Below are positions 39,571-57,244 of a stretch of 64,000 nucleotides of DNA, piece by piece. A program made the position numbers and the translations under genes. Source of the stretch: the human T2T-CHM13v2.0 reference genome, Homo sapiens. Position 1 is the first letter of the stretch; the number at the start of each line of letters is the position of its first letter. The stretch lies in the NCBI RefSeq assembly GCF_009914755.1, contig NC_060931.1; one strand, written 5' to 3'. The notes below the pieces were generated by a model, which was not told the origin of the DNA, did no database searches, and was given only the letters and a program-made list of their open reading frames with translations.

Positions 39571-41479
39571 CTTAGTAGTATAGAAATGTTCTAACTTTCA
39601 CATTCCCGGATGTCTGAGCTCAAGACAAATTTTAAATAAATTAGCGTGGCTTTGATGTTCTCTCACTAGTGAAAGGGTCTATAACACTTTAGGCAAAATG
39701 CATTGAAATTATGTTAAACCTTCATACACTGCCAATAAGCAATGACTTCCCAGAAACCATACTCCACATTTGACCCAGTCTCTAATTTAGTGAGAAGGTG
39801 AGATGCATGGAAAGAAGGCAAAGGAGAGTGACTAGTGACCCCCAGAAAAGGGAATCTCTTCCCGAGGTTTGTGTTGTGCCCTGTGGAGCTGAGAGGAGAG
39901 TAGGGAATTGATGGAGCAGAGGCTTAGCCAACGCATCTGAAAGAGAAGAGTGTTTTATGTCTTTAATTTCTTCTTGTCAGAATCAACCAAGCCCAGAGCT
40001 ATTTACGTGTTGAGAAGGGTCTCCCATGGAGAGGCCTTCCCAGTGGCCCTTCTACTCTCTGCTGCGGTGGTTTATCATGTCTTCAAAACAGACTCGCCAC
40101 CAGGCTTCCAACAGGATAATACAAATGTGAAATTTTTGTCCTCAATAAAGAGTCAGAAATGATGACCATTCTGCCACTTTCATCATTTTAAAATCTGTAT
40201 TCCTGAAAACTGGCCTCGAATTTATTTCTGTATAGTCCAAGGTATTGATTTGAAAGTGAGAGGCTAGCATGAAAGCCAACACTTCTCAACTTTAAAAAAA
40301 AATGCCTTAATATTTAGTATTTTCTCATTCTAATGTATCCTGTAAGTGTTCTTTCTGTACTTCTTGTTAAGGCATGGCTGTGTAAACTTCAGAGGGTTTT
40401 GGGAACAGCCTCCATTGTCATCCACTTTTCATTCTAAAATCTTGGTATATCTGTGCATACATGCACAAGGCCTCCCATGATTGCACTGCTTTTACGAATA
40501 ATCATAGTCAAAATTCATTTTTTAATACTGCTAGCTCAATTTTTATTTCTTATTCCTTTGAAATTGATCATCATTTGGACAGGGACTGCATTAAAGCTCA
40601 ACACTGACCTTCATTGTGGCCACAGGAAGAAAAGATCTGCTAAATGAACAAATACTGTGATCGATATTGTGCAATGGCTTGAGGGAAAAAGGAGGTTTTA
40701 ACCACTTAAAGTAAGCCCTTTTAGAAACAAAAACTATTTCAGTGAAAATGCTAATCCTACACCTCTCCAAAGTAAATGTGCTTAGAGGACACCAGCCAGA
40801 GTTTCTTTACAATGGGAAGTTGCCTTCCAACAAGAAAGGGTTTTCAAAGTGCAGAAGAAAACTTTATCTGGAAAAGGTGAGAAGCAGAGAGCCTCCAGGC
40901 TCCAGCCCCACACACTCTCATCTTCAATTAATACTCCACAAAGGGAAAGTTCCGTTGTGGGCCACAGCACTCCCTGCTTGAGAACCTGTAGGGACTTAAC
41001 CGCTGGGTTTATCCAATGAAGTGTCTGAGGTCCCCGCTGTTTAGCTTGGCCCTCCACTCTCTGTTCCCAATTTCGTAACCACTACCTCAGCCAGTCTCCC
41101 CAGCAGAGCACTTTTATCTTATAGCCATGAGGCATCTGTGACATGTCCCACAACACATCACAAACTCTATTTGTCCTCCAATGCTCAGTGACCTTATTTT
41201 CCCAGGCAAAAGTGGCTCCCGTCCCGGTGCCCACTAAGCCTTGATACCAGCCCACAGTACAGTGCTTCTCAGACTAGGTCGTCTCAGCATTTGTCAATGT
41301 ATTTTATTTATGTTTCGACGTCCAGTCTGTTCATCTTCAGTACAGGACTGGGTCATACTCATCTTTCCATCCTTTCCCTTGTCCACCTTCCTTTCTTCGA
41401 TTTGAATATTTTCTGTAGTTGCTCCATTAATCAGTAATTAATTAATTGCAGAAATGTATTTCCCAAGATGTAGATAAGT

Positions 41480-43725
<2,246 letters not shown>

Positions 43726-44219
43726 GTTCTAAACTTCCGTATTTTTATTTGTTCTGACTGATTTTTTTTTCTTGGTGTGACATTTGATGTAAATAGTACT
43801 TAGCAGGCTTAGCAACTCCTATATGAAAGTGCTTTGAAATTTGCTGGGCTTTGGAATCTCTGTTGTTTTTGCCCATTAAGTAATTCCCTCCCATCCCTCT
43901 TCAATGTTCCCCTTTCCCTATCAACCAGCCCTTTCTGCAGGTTGGAGTTTGATAGACTTGGCACTTGGCACACCCCCTGAGCGCCAGTGTCACCCTCTGC
44001 GTTGTGAATTTATAGATGGAGACCCCTTCATCCTTTTACAGTCGTGCTCTGATCCTGGGGTCCCTGAGGTCCAGAGCAGAACCTGAACTCTGAGTATCAG
44101 GCAAGCGCATCTTACTTCAAAAAATGGGAAGAACAATTTAAAAATGCAACTTGGATATGTTTTTATAAGATATTCCCGCTTTCTGTTTTCTACACTTATT
44201 TAGCATTTTAACATTTTCA

Positions 44220-44741
<522 letters not shown>

Positions 44742-44871
44742 TACTTAGAAAGATGCAATAATACTAGATGGTTACCTTTAACTTACAGGTTTCGGGTTTC
44801 ACAGAAACAACAGCAAACCCAATAGTGCTTCACTCAGTTTCCCTCCCAAAGACAGCAAAGAGAGAAAATTA

Positions 44872-45192
<321 letters not shown>

Positions 45193-47190
45193 CTATCTAA
45201 GGCAGAATGGTAATAAACTGCCCAGTAATGCTTTCAGGGATAATTAAATGAGTGATGAGGGCACAATTACAAATAAGCTAACCTGAGTTACTTGGAAAGC
45301 AGATGGAAGCACCCAAGACCATACAACAAGAATGAAACCCCAGAACAGTAAACACACGGTATTCCTACCATATATGCCCCCCATCGGTGTCACCTAAACC
45401 AACATCTCTTTGACCTTTTTTTTACTCATATGACCAGTTATTTGATTGTTTGGCTGTCAAAGTCACACCAAGATAATAAATTAGGCCTTTCAGAGCCAAA
45501 ATTATATTATCTAGGGTATTACAGTGAATATAGAGTTAAATAATTTTAGTGTCCTGAAAACATTACAAAACACATATCAGAAATAAGAGCCATTCTATGT
45601 AGTGAATCGGGGGAGAAATGAGAGAAGCTCAGAGACCAACATAGAGAAAAGCAGGAGAAAGCAGAAAGCACTGGAAACAAACATGTCTGCTTGTTGGTGG
45701 TGGGCGATGGATACAAAGATACCCAGCCAGAATCCCCCTGGAACAAGCCAGGCATTAAATCTTTACAGCTGGAGTTGCATTAAATCTTTACAGCTCTAAG
45801 CTGCTTGCTGCAAACATCCTGTAGTTCTCGTCAATTCAAACTCATCCCCAACTTTCTTTTTTTTTCTACCTTACTCAGTGCGTCTGTGTCTGGGTGAACT
45901 TCAGAAATCTCTCTCTTACGTTTTCTTGCAAGACTCTTTGGCTAGTTTTATCTGAAAGTTTGTTTGTTTTTCCAGCTAGTAGTTCTTCCTCCTCTTCCCT
46001 AAGCTCTTGAAGTCTAACACTGTTTCTCTGGTCAGAGGGATCAGACAAAGAGAGCTCTGCTCCCGGCCACCCATCCGTCTCATTGATTCAAGCCACTGGG
46101 TCTGAGTGGGCCCCATCAGAGGGTGTGATGGGTTCCAGACAACCTGGACGTGCTTTGAGAAAGCAGTCAAGAGTAAATCCATAAAGCCTTATCTTTGTGT
46201 TGGAGGGGACCACATTATAAGCAAATCGTACATTTTCTTCCAATACAAAGTAAGATAGTTTCCTGCATTATTAGTGGATATTTTTGCAAGGACATATTTA
46301 AAAATATATATTGCCCAATAACCCATCATTCAGTTTAATTCCACATCCCTGCTGGGTGCCTTCCAGTCTACCTTGGGCAACTTAACATAAATATGGAAAA
46401 TATAGTTTGTGTTTATGGAGCTCATCGCCCTATGAGAGAGGCCAGGCCCTCACGGAGGACGAGGTGACAGCGTGGGCACAGCCAGCTCTTGAAGAATATC
46501 ATAGGTGATGAATGCTCTAGAGATCCCAAGGCCAAAGCGGTGCAGGCACACGTCATTCATTTGTTTGTAAGCACCCTCAAGGCAAAGAGACCAGGCATCT
46601 GTCTTTCATACCCCAGCCACACCCCCTGAAGCAGAGTAGATAATAGATGCTTACAAGACAGCGAGTGATTTCATCTCAGTATGTATGAACAGCTTCAATC
46701 ACACAGATTTTGGGCAGATTCACTAACTAATCGGATGCGAGACTTTTCATTTCTTCTGACCTATATTAGTAAACAGCAATATAATCTTTTCTAATTACAG
46801 ACACATAAAATGATTGATAAAATCCAACAATTGTATGACCCCTCCACAAAGCATTTTTTACATTCAAGCCTCACACCAGCCCCTGGAAATAGATATTATT
46901 TTTAATCTTCATTCATTCATCCAGCATTGTGCTGGGTGCTGGGGATAGATAGGCCAGGGAAGAAAGATTCGAAGCCCCTGCTTTTATGGAGCTGACTTGC
47001 TGGTGAGAAAAAAATAAATAAATAAAACAGCAAACAAGAACAAACAAATACATCAATAATTTAAGTCATTGTTAAATACGATGAAAAAAATGGTAGTATG
47101 ATAGAGAGTGATCAAGGGAGGAAGTGAGATCTCTAGAGTGGATTTGAAGGAACCAGATCTAAAGACAGGGGGTTCCAGTTAAAGGTATAA

Positions 47191-47706
<516 letters not shown>

Positions 47707-49334
47707 GTATAGCAGGACCAAAGACCCTGAGGTCAGACAAGGCCGGCATTTACCTGAACAGAAGGAAACCTTGATAAATAGAATGAATGGGGAGGAGAAA
47801 AGTAGAAGCTGAGGTCATAGAGGAGGCAGTGGCCAATTTAGCGAGAGGGCCTCACAGGCCAAGGGCAAGGGGTTTGAAGTTTATTATGAGTTGATGGGAG
47901 GTCAGTGGAGGGCTTTGATGTATCATTTTGGCCTCTGTGGATGATGGATGGTGGGGAGACCATGAGTGGAGGCAGGGAGGCTAGCAGGGAGGCCACTGCT
48001 GGAGTTTAGTGGAGAGATATGGTGGCTTTAATGAGAACATAATTGAAGGTACAAAAATGGGCAGATTGAAGATGTATTTGGGAGGCACAGCTAAGACTAT
48101 CTGCGGATGTATTTGGTGTGGGGAATGTGGAAGAGAGAGGCTCAAATTCCCAATTTTGGTTGAAACTGACACTCAAAGGGATTAAGGAATTTCTGTCTAC
48201 AGCCGCAAATACAGGGCAGGCAAGGACTCCAGGCTGGTTCTCTAATTCCCAAATGACAGCTCTTCTCATTCTTGCATGAGGATATGAGGTTTGCAGAAAG
48301 AAGGGATTCATGAGTAGTAAGTCCTCTTAATCCTCCTAGTATGGATCTAATGATTTTTTGAGGTCATGTGTAGTAAACAATGTGTAATATCCATTCAACT
48401 AGTCAGCTGATTTGTGGTTACTTGCAATAAGTCATTATTTTCAATGGGGTCGATAATACTGTCTCTGACACTAGGTGTTTGTAACCACAAAGTGCACTTC
48501 AGTTGAATTCCTTTCCGAGGTTGTTTTATGTTCAGAACCAACCTTTCGTAGTTATATCATTAGTTATTAGAGGGATACCAGGCAACAGATCGAGTTTATT
48601 TCTTGTAAGCTTTCTTGTTGCAGTCATATATTTCGTGGTTTCATTAAATCGGCCTTGGTAGACAAGCTGTTCTTTCAAATCCCTCTGTGAGCAGCAAATG
48701 CTGTGGATTGAGATCTGTATTCTCCAGATGATTTGCTAAGTCATCTCAGAAGAGTCCTCTGAACTGTGAGGTGTCCCCAGCCCTTTTGTCCCAGATCCAA
48801 GAATCAAAAGAAGAACTTGAAATGGGGATCCTGCTGATTGTGCCTACACTTGTTCATTCATTTCATAAATACTTACTGGGCCCTCCAGTGCACACCAGGC
48901 ACTGTTCCAGGTGCTGGAGAGATACAAGCGAGCGAGAGAGGTCAGGCTGCTGCCTTCAGGGGGCTTCTTATTCATGGGCAAAACAAGCATGACAAATGGG
49001 CAAACAAGATTATCACAGTTTAATACGTGATAAGTTGGTCAGGTAAGGCCTGATAAGGCAACTTATCACGTATCAAGGTTTTGGCCTCTGTGGATGATGG
49101 ATGGTGGGAAGACCATGAGTGGAGGTAGGGAGGCTAGTGGGGAGGCCACTGCTAGAGTTCAGTGGAGAGATATGACCAACTTGGTTAAGTTGGTCAGGTA
49201 AGGCCTCCTCAAGGACATGGCACTTAAGCAGGAGGCTGGAAGTATAACAAAGCAGCTATGAGAGGAGCTGGGGAAATGCATCCCAGGGAGTGGGAACAGC
49301 GAGGACAGAGCCCTAAGGAAAGTGTGGTGCATTG

Positions 49335-49960
49335 TTTAGTACCCTGTTGGCTGCTATAATAGAGAAACCCAGGCCAGGCACAGTGGCTCGTCCCTGTAAT
49401 CCCAGTACTTTGGGAGGCCGAGGTGGGCAGATCACGAGGTCAGGAGTTCAAGACCAGCCTGACCAACATGGTGAAACCCCATCTCTACTAAAAATACAAA
49501 AATTAGCTGGGCGTGGTGGTGCGTGCCTGCAATCCCACCTACTCAGGAGGCTATGGCAGGAGAATCACTTGAACCCAGGAGCCGGAGGTTGCAGTGAGCC
49601 GAGATCACGCCTCTGCACTCCAGCCTGGGCAACAGAGTGAGACTCTGTCTCACAAAAAAAAAAAAAAAAAAAAAAAAAATAGAAACCCAGACTCACAGGG
49701 GTTTAAGCAAGATGGATATTTATTTTTCTGTCACTTAATAGCATGGGTGGACAGTTCAGGACTGATGAGATAGCTCTGCAATATTTTGGGACCCAGACTC
49801 TGCTGTGCTACAATCTGGCATTCTCAATATGTGACCCCTACCTCATGGTCCAAGAAGGCTTCTCCACTCCTGCCATCACACCTACTTCCCGGCCATTCAG
49901 AAGGGGAGAGGGGAAGAGACGGCCTCTTCCCTTTGTAGACGCATAATATCCAGAATTTGT
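49335..49960. mobile_element. Old MLT1-family MaLR LTR, interrupted by an Alu
   Basis: GGCTGCTATAATAGAGAAACCC...GGTTTAAGCAAGATGGATATTTATTTTTCT...CTCATGGTCCAAGA...CCTGCCATCACACC. Confidence 0.55.
49372..49679 (+). mobile_element. AluSg-like
   Basis: GATCACGAGGTCAGGAGTTC; A tail; TSD core AGAAACCCA. Confidence 0.93.
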
Positions 49961-51639
49961 GCGTATCTTCTCCAAAGGAGATGGAATCAGATAAGTGTGT
50001 GGTAGGCAGGTCATTCGGGGCCATGTAGATCATGATAGGATATTGCGTTTTATTCCAAGAGCAGCTGGATGCCGCTGAAGGGTTTTAAGTAGTGAAGTGA
50101 CATGGTCTGATTTATGTTTTTACAAGAACACTCTGGCTGCTGAGTGGAGGATGGATGAGTGGAGGATGGATGACAGAAGGGCAAAAGTGGAAATGGAAGA
50201 TCATTTAGGAAGCTGTGATCTTAAGGAGCAAGGCAAGGTGGACTCAGACACTGAGACATCATATAATTGTAGCTTTAGAGTATTAACTGTTTAAAGAGAC
50301 AATGAGTAAAGACTGAATGTTCATGCACCTCTTTCTAAAATACAGGGACAGCCTTTGCGTGGACAACTTACTGGATGAGCAGGTTTAAGGAATTGTATCC
50401 TATAAAAGATAGACGTGAAACCAGCCAATGTGAATGTGCCGCCAAATTGGACCTGGTTATATTTGTGGGGACCCTTAACTTAGGAATATAGAAAGCACAT
50501 GAAAGTGCCTGTCAAGCTAGAGCCCTGGGCAGGGGCAGGCTTAGTCTCCCAGGAGGTTAGAGCTGGAGGCCCTCTGAGCTCATGGATTCAACCCTTGTGC
50601 TGCAGGTGGAGAAACTGATGGTAGGAGTATGGGGGGCTGTGGCTTGCCCAAGTTCAACTTTGGATAGTTGCAGAATCAAGGCAGGAAGCCAGGACTGGAA
50701 GCCGCCACTCTCACCATGCACCGTGAGGGGGTATCCTTGATGGGATGCTTTCTCCTGAATCACACATTTACCTTTTGGCCTCCTTTGCCAGCACCTCCCT
50801 TAGAACAAGTTCCCTTCTTTACCTTTCCCCAAAGTCCCCTGGCCTGTACCTCAAGTGATTCCATCAGTTACCTTGTCTTCCAAACAGGACTGGCCAGATG
50901 ACGATGGTAAAGTGATTTTGAGAGATTATAACTCACGTTTGCTGAAATGTTTTGAAGTTTCAAGACAGTAGTATGCACTGTGAATGCCAGTGTTGCTCAA
51001 GATCCTAGAGACAGCCCTGGGTCCTGGAGCCCCGGCAGCCTGCTCCAAGGTCAACAGGCGGGGCCCCAGCAATTGTTTGGGGACGATTTTCACAACCTTA
51101 AGGTAATTTGTGGTTCCTCTGAGAATGCCCACTGAAGTGTTCCCCCTCAGAATGCTGTGGATGGGAGATAGAAGGAAACAAAAGAGGAGGAAGCAGTGAG
51201 GATTTTACTGGATACTGCAGATGCACTTCCACATCGGCATGGGTTCATACTGGATTATGCAAAAGTATGGATTCTGGAATGATTCATTCCCCCCAAAACC
51301 TGGAACTCGAGGGCAGCATGCTGCCTCGTTGTCCGTAAAACACTCCCTTTTGTCTCTGCAGGGATCTTAAAAAAACAAAGCAAGCTTTACTGTGGCAAAA
51401 CCTCCTCTACATATTATCATTGTCTGATTGGATTTTAAGCACAATGCTATCTTGGTCTACACATTTTCTTATACAAGTGACAGTAATACTAAAAATCTCA
51501 GAATTATTATCAAGAGCCTTTTGGTAGGGTGAAAGTTTCTTTTAAGTATTTTCATTTTCAGGAGTGAGTTTTCACACACACACACACACGCACACACAAG
51601 TATCAGGAAACAAAAAGGAAATGTGTGCAAACTTCCAAT

Positions 51640-51770
51640 TTAAATGTTCTACATCTTAGTTGAGATGGCTATGATACAGATACATGTATTTGGCAAAACT
51701 CATCAAACTAGGCATTTAAAATAAGTACATTTTTGGGGTACAAATTATACCTCAATGAAGTTGATTCAAA
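51640..51770 (+). mobile_element. Old L1M 3' end
   Basis: AAATGTTCTACATCTT...GCAAAACTCATCAAACT...AAATTATACCTCAAT. Confidence 0.7.
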
Positions 51771-52094
51771 AAGTCAAAAGTAAACCAAAAATTCCAATTT
51801 TATATTCCATTAATAAGTTTTTGGTGTCTGCTTCTGGTTTTATTACCGAGGATTCTCATTTGAGTACACTCAGAATGGAACAGAGCTATTATCATCGAAC
51901 GTTTCCTATACTGGGACTAAAGTCTGGCCAGGAAATTAACTTTTAACCCTAACTTTGTGCTATTTTGAGATAAAAGAAATGCACACCTCAGAACAGCAAG
52001 GTGTTACAGCACATAACTGCCTGTACAATTTAAAAACTCGATAAACCCAAAGCTTTGGTAGCAAGTCTTAGCAGGTGCTGAGAAATACGAAACG

Positions 52095-52126
<32 letters not shown>

Positions 52127-53085
52127 TAAACCAGAAAACAAGTCTGGTGTTAAGCCTGTTGTGCAAATACTAGCATTAAATATTTTGTAGCATATCTTAG
52201 TTCCAAGTATTTCTTTTCTGTCACATTTTTCTGGTTCCTCCTGATAATCAAGGCAATATTCTTTGAACTGTTTCCTTAGAAAAGTTGTTGAAATGACCAA
52301 ATTTCTAATTCCATTGGGATTTGGACACATTTCTGAAATGGCCCAGAAATCATTTTGGGGAGCCCTTAGGCTGCTGTTCCAATCCAGCACATAGGTGTGA
52401 CAGCGGAGACCCACTCGGACTTCAGGGACTGCCTGCCTCCTCCCTCCACACCCATCTCCTGTCTCCCCAGGACCTGTCCTCAGGAGCTCAAAAGAAGAGG
52501 GGTCTTGGTCCTGAGAGGGTGAGGGGGCGACCGGGAGGAAGCACTTCCTCTCTGTTTCTTAAGACATCTCCCTTCCCTGGAACAACTTCCCTAAAAGGCT
52601 TTCTTTTTTTTTTTTTAACCACTTTTCCAAAGTCAGAAATGAATACATTCTGAAAATAACCCAACTTTCTTTTTATGTTTCTTTCTTTCCACCCCCACCT
52701 CAAGCCCCTAGAATGGCCAGCCCACCTGGCTAGCAAGAACTTACCTTCCTGAGCATGCCTGGGGACAGACCCTAGCACACACCCCACCCTGGGCTCGTGG
52801 CGGGACTCTGGCTCTGGCCACCATGGAGATCCCAGCCACACACTGATTTGGAGGCCTGAGTGTCAATGACAAAAGCAATCCAAACCCAAAACTCTCAAAA
52901 TTGATTAAACAATGGAAAGCTTGGCTTTACATGAGATGTGTGGAAAGCATCCTGCATCCAGGTACTCACTGGAAGGCAGAAATTTAGCAGATGTTGCTAT
53001 TATTATCCTTAGGGTTAATCATAGTGATTCCTGACTTACAGAATCCAAATAAAGGAAATCCACTTCATGCATCAGCCGCCAGCTG

Positions 53086-53087
<2 letters not shown>

Positions 53088-53123
<36 letters not shown>

Positions 53124-53234
53124 AGACGGAGTCTTGCTCTGTCGCCCAGGCTGGAGTGCAGTGGTGCGATCTCGGCTCACTACAAGCTCCGCCTCCCAGG
53201 TTCACGCCATTCTCCTGCCTCAGCCTCCGGAGTA
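53088..53234 (-). mobile_element. 5'-truncated AluY (right arm only) with TSD
   Basis: ~36-nt pure poly-T, AluY right-arm diagnostics, TSD AGCC(G/C)CCAGCTGCT (53074-53087, 53235-53248). Confidence 0.9.
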
Positions 53235-54988
53235 AGCCCCCAGCTGCTCTTTGTGGACACTCATTGCCCAGACCCCCACTATGGTCGATCAGTATTAATT
53301 GCATTAACAGATTTAATTATAAAATTATTTCAACTGCCTGTTTTTTTCTGTCTTCCATTCTGTGTTATAATAGTTTGCCAGGTTAGCTCCAAACACTTAA
53401 TGTCTGTTACTTACTCAATATAATCCCACCCAGTACATCACCTTTACTGGGAAAGAAGCTTGTTAATCTCTGTTTACCAGTCTGCTCCCAGTTATTCAAG
53501 GACTCTCTGAACCTAAAATGTATAATATGACCTAGGTCAGAATGGCGTTCCCATAAGTGAGCACCAACAGTACGCAGCGGCTGACACGTGTGAATCCATC
53601 TCTTGTTCCCTTGAACTGTGAATCAACATGGATGTAGCCATAGTCATATCTATCACCTTTTGTGAGAAAAATTTTACTTTGAAAACAAAGTAATAGACTG
53701 TACAGTTAAAGGACAGCAGAATCCAGCAAAGGTCTGTCTGTATCACAAAGGAAAGCCACATCATGTGCTTTATTCCCATCATCAGTCAACATCCATTTTT
53801 TGTAGCTCTGGGAACCTAGGTGTCTGAGAGCCAGCGCTGCGTATTGGTAGCACTGGTTCTGCCATCTCTAAGCCCCAGGACAAGTATCCTAACAGAACTA
53901 AGCCCTGGCTTCCTCATCTGTAATAAAATAAGTACCTTCTAGTATTCTTATTTTATTGTGAAAAGACAATTCTGTGCACATATGGTTACACACACATAGA
54001 CTATAATGACACTTGCATTTTATTGGTATTCACAACTTTTAAAAATTTTCCTATTTAAGACACAGCTTAAAATAATTAAATTAAAAAGAAATCATCACAT
54101 AGTTATTACTGAAGATTTGCTTCTATGTTCCATAAAACATGGTTTTAAAATATAAAAAAAAGACACAGCATTGATTTCCTTCAATCTGCACTTTTTTTCC
54201 CATTTTGCTCAGCACACAACCTTTTAACTCACTCTTAAAAAAAATCCACCATAAAGGACTGGAAATTAAGAGAAGGGTGTTATATAAAAAATGCCATGTG
54301 TGCTCTGACTTACAAAGTCTTCTTCAGTCCATGAACTCACAGACAGTGTCAGCCACTGAGAGTGTCGTCGTCAAAACGAATAATAGATGTGGAAAGCCGT
54401 GGCTCCTGCTCCTGAGAGCTGGACGCCTCTTGGCTGACCTCCTGCTTGAGCCAGATCCAAGAGGTGAAGGCTGAAGCAAGAGAGCTCCCTTGAGAAAGCT
54501 CCAGAGTTTGTAGCCTACTAAACCAGCAGTGTCCTATATTACATTAATTCTCCTGATGTATTTTCCTGACATTTGTCAGCATTTCCTTCTATTTGCCAAA
54601 CATGGACAAAGAGAAAACCAGGTTTTAGAAGTATGCTCATTTATAAAGTCTCTCCTGAGTCCTCACCTTTCCATCCCTTCTGCCATCACCTCAGTCAGAC
54701 CCTTACCCCATCACTCAAGACAGCTGTAAGTCTCCTGGCTTGACACTTCGCTTCAATCTCACTCATCTCTGATTAAAATTGTCCCATGATCGAAAATTTT
54801 ATGTTGTTTTCGTCACCATTAAAAAAACAAAAAAACAAAAAAAAAAACCCTTCCTCTTCCAAGATGCTCCAGTGCTTAACAAATCAAGTGTAAACTGATT
54901 TGAAGCGTGAGGCCCTGCGTGATATATACTGTAGGAGACCTTTCCAGCTTTATCCAATATCCATCCCTAGTACTTTGCTGTTACCCCA

Positions 54989-55349
54989 TGATATGGTTTG
55001 ACTGTGTCCCCACCCAAATCTCATCTTGAATTGTAGCTCCCATAATTCCCACATGTCATGGGAGGGACCCAGTGGGACGTAATTGAATCATGGGGGTGGG
55101 TCTTTCCTGTGCTGTTGTGATAGTAAATGAGTCTCATGAGATCTGATGGTTTTATAAAGGGGAGTTCCCCTGCATGAGCTCTCTTGCCTGCCACCATGTA
55201 AGATGTGATTTTGTTCCTCCTTTGCCTTTGCCTATGATTGTGAGGCCTCCCCAGCCATATGGAACTGTGAGTCCATTAAACCTCTTTCCTTTATAAATTA
55301 CCCAGTCTTGGTTATGTCTTTATTAGCAGCATGAGAACAGACTAATACA
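54989..55349 (+). mobile_element. THE1 solo LTR (THE1C/D-like) within L2 remnants
   Basis: TGATATGGTTTGACTGTGTCCCCACCCAAATCTCATCTTGAATTGTAGCTCCCATAATTCCC...GACTAATACA; near-TSD CCCCA/CCACA. Confidence 0.92.
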
Positions 55350-56659
55350 CCACACATGCTCATTGATTTCTTGGTTTTGTGAAAGGCCCATCTCCCTCTC
55401 CCATCAGCCTTCTCTTTGCAAATTGTAGCCCCCGTTCAATGATCAGTTCAGTTGGCACTGACACCCACAGGCTTCCCTTGATCCTGTGCCCCAATCTAGA
55501 TCCATAGCTCTCTCCTCTGGATGTCCTTCATGTGACTGTGCATCATAGCCTTCTGTATTTTGCCTCGGTCAGTGTTTATTCTTGACTATGAGATCCTGCA
55601 GGGTATTGTAGTATAACTGTTTCTCTGTGCCTCACAGTGCCAAGCACAGGGCCTTTTGTATAGAGCATACTAATAAAATTTCTGATTCCAACTAAATTCT
55701 TGTATGCACACATAGGAAGTGTGACTTAATATATGCATATGGAATCAAAATGATTACTTTATAGTTAGCATGTGTATGTTTGTATGCAGAAAATTCAAAA
55801 CAAGTATTCAAACAAGCACAAAGTTGTGTAACTAGGAAAAACACATGCTCATTTACTCCTGACCTGTGGGGCCCAGGTTCCAGGCCCTACACTATGTGAT
55901 GAAGACACAAGACAAGAAAATATGGCACCTTCTTTGAGAAGCTTCCATCTAGTCAGGGAGAAAAACCTGTGATCATATAACTGTAGCAGGCCCTATTACT
56001 CCTGACTACACTGGAGAGGCCAAAAGGAGCGTGCCTGGTTCAGCCTAGGGGTGTTCAAGGTGGTCGTATCACTGGCTGAGGGAGTGTCTGAGGGAACACA
56101 CAGCCAGGGGGCTGGGAGAAGCAGGGTGGGTCAGAGCACAAAGAGACTTGTTCATCATTTCGAGGCGCCTGTGCTTTCTACTAGAGATAGTCACTGAAGC
56201 AGAATGAGAGGATCCTACGCAGTTTCAGAAACATCCCCCTGAGGGCCAGGTGGAGGATGAAATGGGGGGAAGAAGGCAAGATGGCGGGCAGCCATGAGAC
56301 CATGGCAAGAACTCTCAGACTGGAAATGAGGCTGGCTTGAGGGAAATGGGAGACGGGAGCATTTGAGAATGTGGAGATTGCATGAGAAGGGATGGCTTTT
56401 GGGTGAGTGAGGATGGCTGGCCTGCCTGTTCACCCGCTGGGAGCCTGGTGAGGTCTCATCCACTTACCATGTTGTCTGGGCTAGAGAGAGGTAGCACCTG
56501 TAGAAACCGCAATTAGGGGTCCTATGCTTTTGTTTAACTTTCTGGAAATAGAACAGGCCTCCCTTTTAATACATCTGTTATTCAGCCTTTAGATATTCTG
56601 CTTTCAAGCGCGTAATCAGGAATGCATTAGAATAAAGCAGTTAGGAGCAGAGTAACAGA

Positions 56660-56830
56660 AGGGTTAAAGTATTTAACTTCTCCAGGCCTGTTTCCTCTGT
56701 AAAATGAGAAAGAAGATAATAATAGCACCTATTTCACAGAGGAGCTACAAAAATTAAAGAAGTTAATGAATGTAAATTGCTCAGCCTAGGGCCCTGCATA
56801 AAATGTGCACTTAAGACATCAGTTACTTTT
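56660..56830 (+). mobile_element. MIR
   Basis: GTTTCCTCTGTAAAATGAG...ATAATAATAGCACCTATTTCACAG...TGTAAATTGCTCAG. Confidence 0.75.
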
Positions 56831-56895
56831 TTTTCCTGTGTGATTGGTGAGGAAGGTTGAGAAAAGCATGAGGACTCCTTAGCTCTTCCGAAATA

Positions 56896-57244
56896 CAGTC
56901 ATGTGCTGTGTAAGGACGATTCAGTCAACCACAGACTGTGTGTACAGTGGTGGTCCTATGAGATTATAATATGGTTACTTTTACTGTACCTTTTCTGTTT
57001 AACTACCTGTAGATACACAAATACTACCATTGCGTTACAATTGCCTACAGTATTGAGTACAATAACATGCTCTACAGATTTGTAACCTAGGAACCATAGA
57101 CCTTACCATATAGCCTAAGTGGGTGGTAGGCTCTGCCATCTAGGTTTGTGGAAGTGCATTCTGTGACGTTCCCACAATAACAAAGTTGCCTAACAAGACT
57201 CATTTCACAGAGTGTATCCCCATCACTAAGCAACACATAACTAG
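56896..57244 (+). mobile_element. Tigger3a/MER7A-like DNA transposon
   Basis: TA|CAGTCATGTGCTGTGTAAGGACGATTCAGTCAAC...GTATCCCCATCACTAAGCAACACATAACT. Confidence 0.8.

Larger units (their letters stand above)
48850..50230 (-). mobile_element. L2 remnant hosting a templated insertion, an MLT1 LTR and an Alu
   Basis: TTCATTCATTTCATAAATACTTACTG...CCAGGCACTGTTCCAGGTGCTGGAGA; GGTCAGGTAAGGCCTC; GGTCTGATTTATGTTTT; boundaries approximate. Confidence 0.6.
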
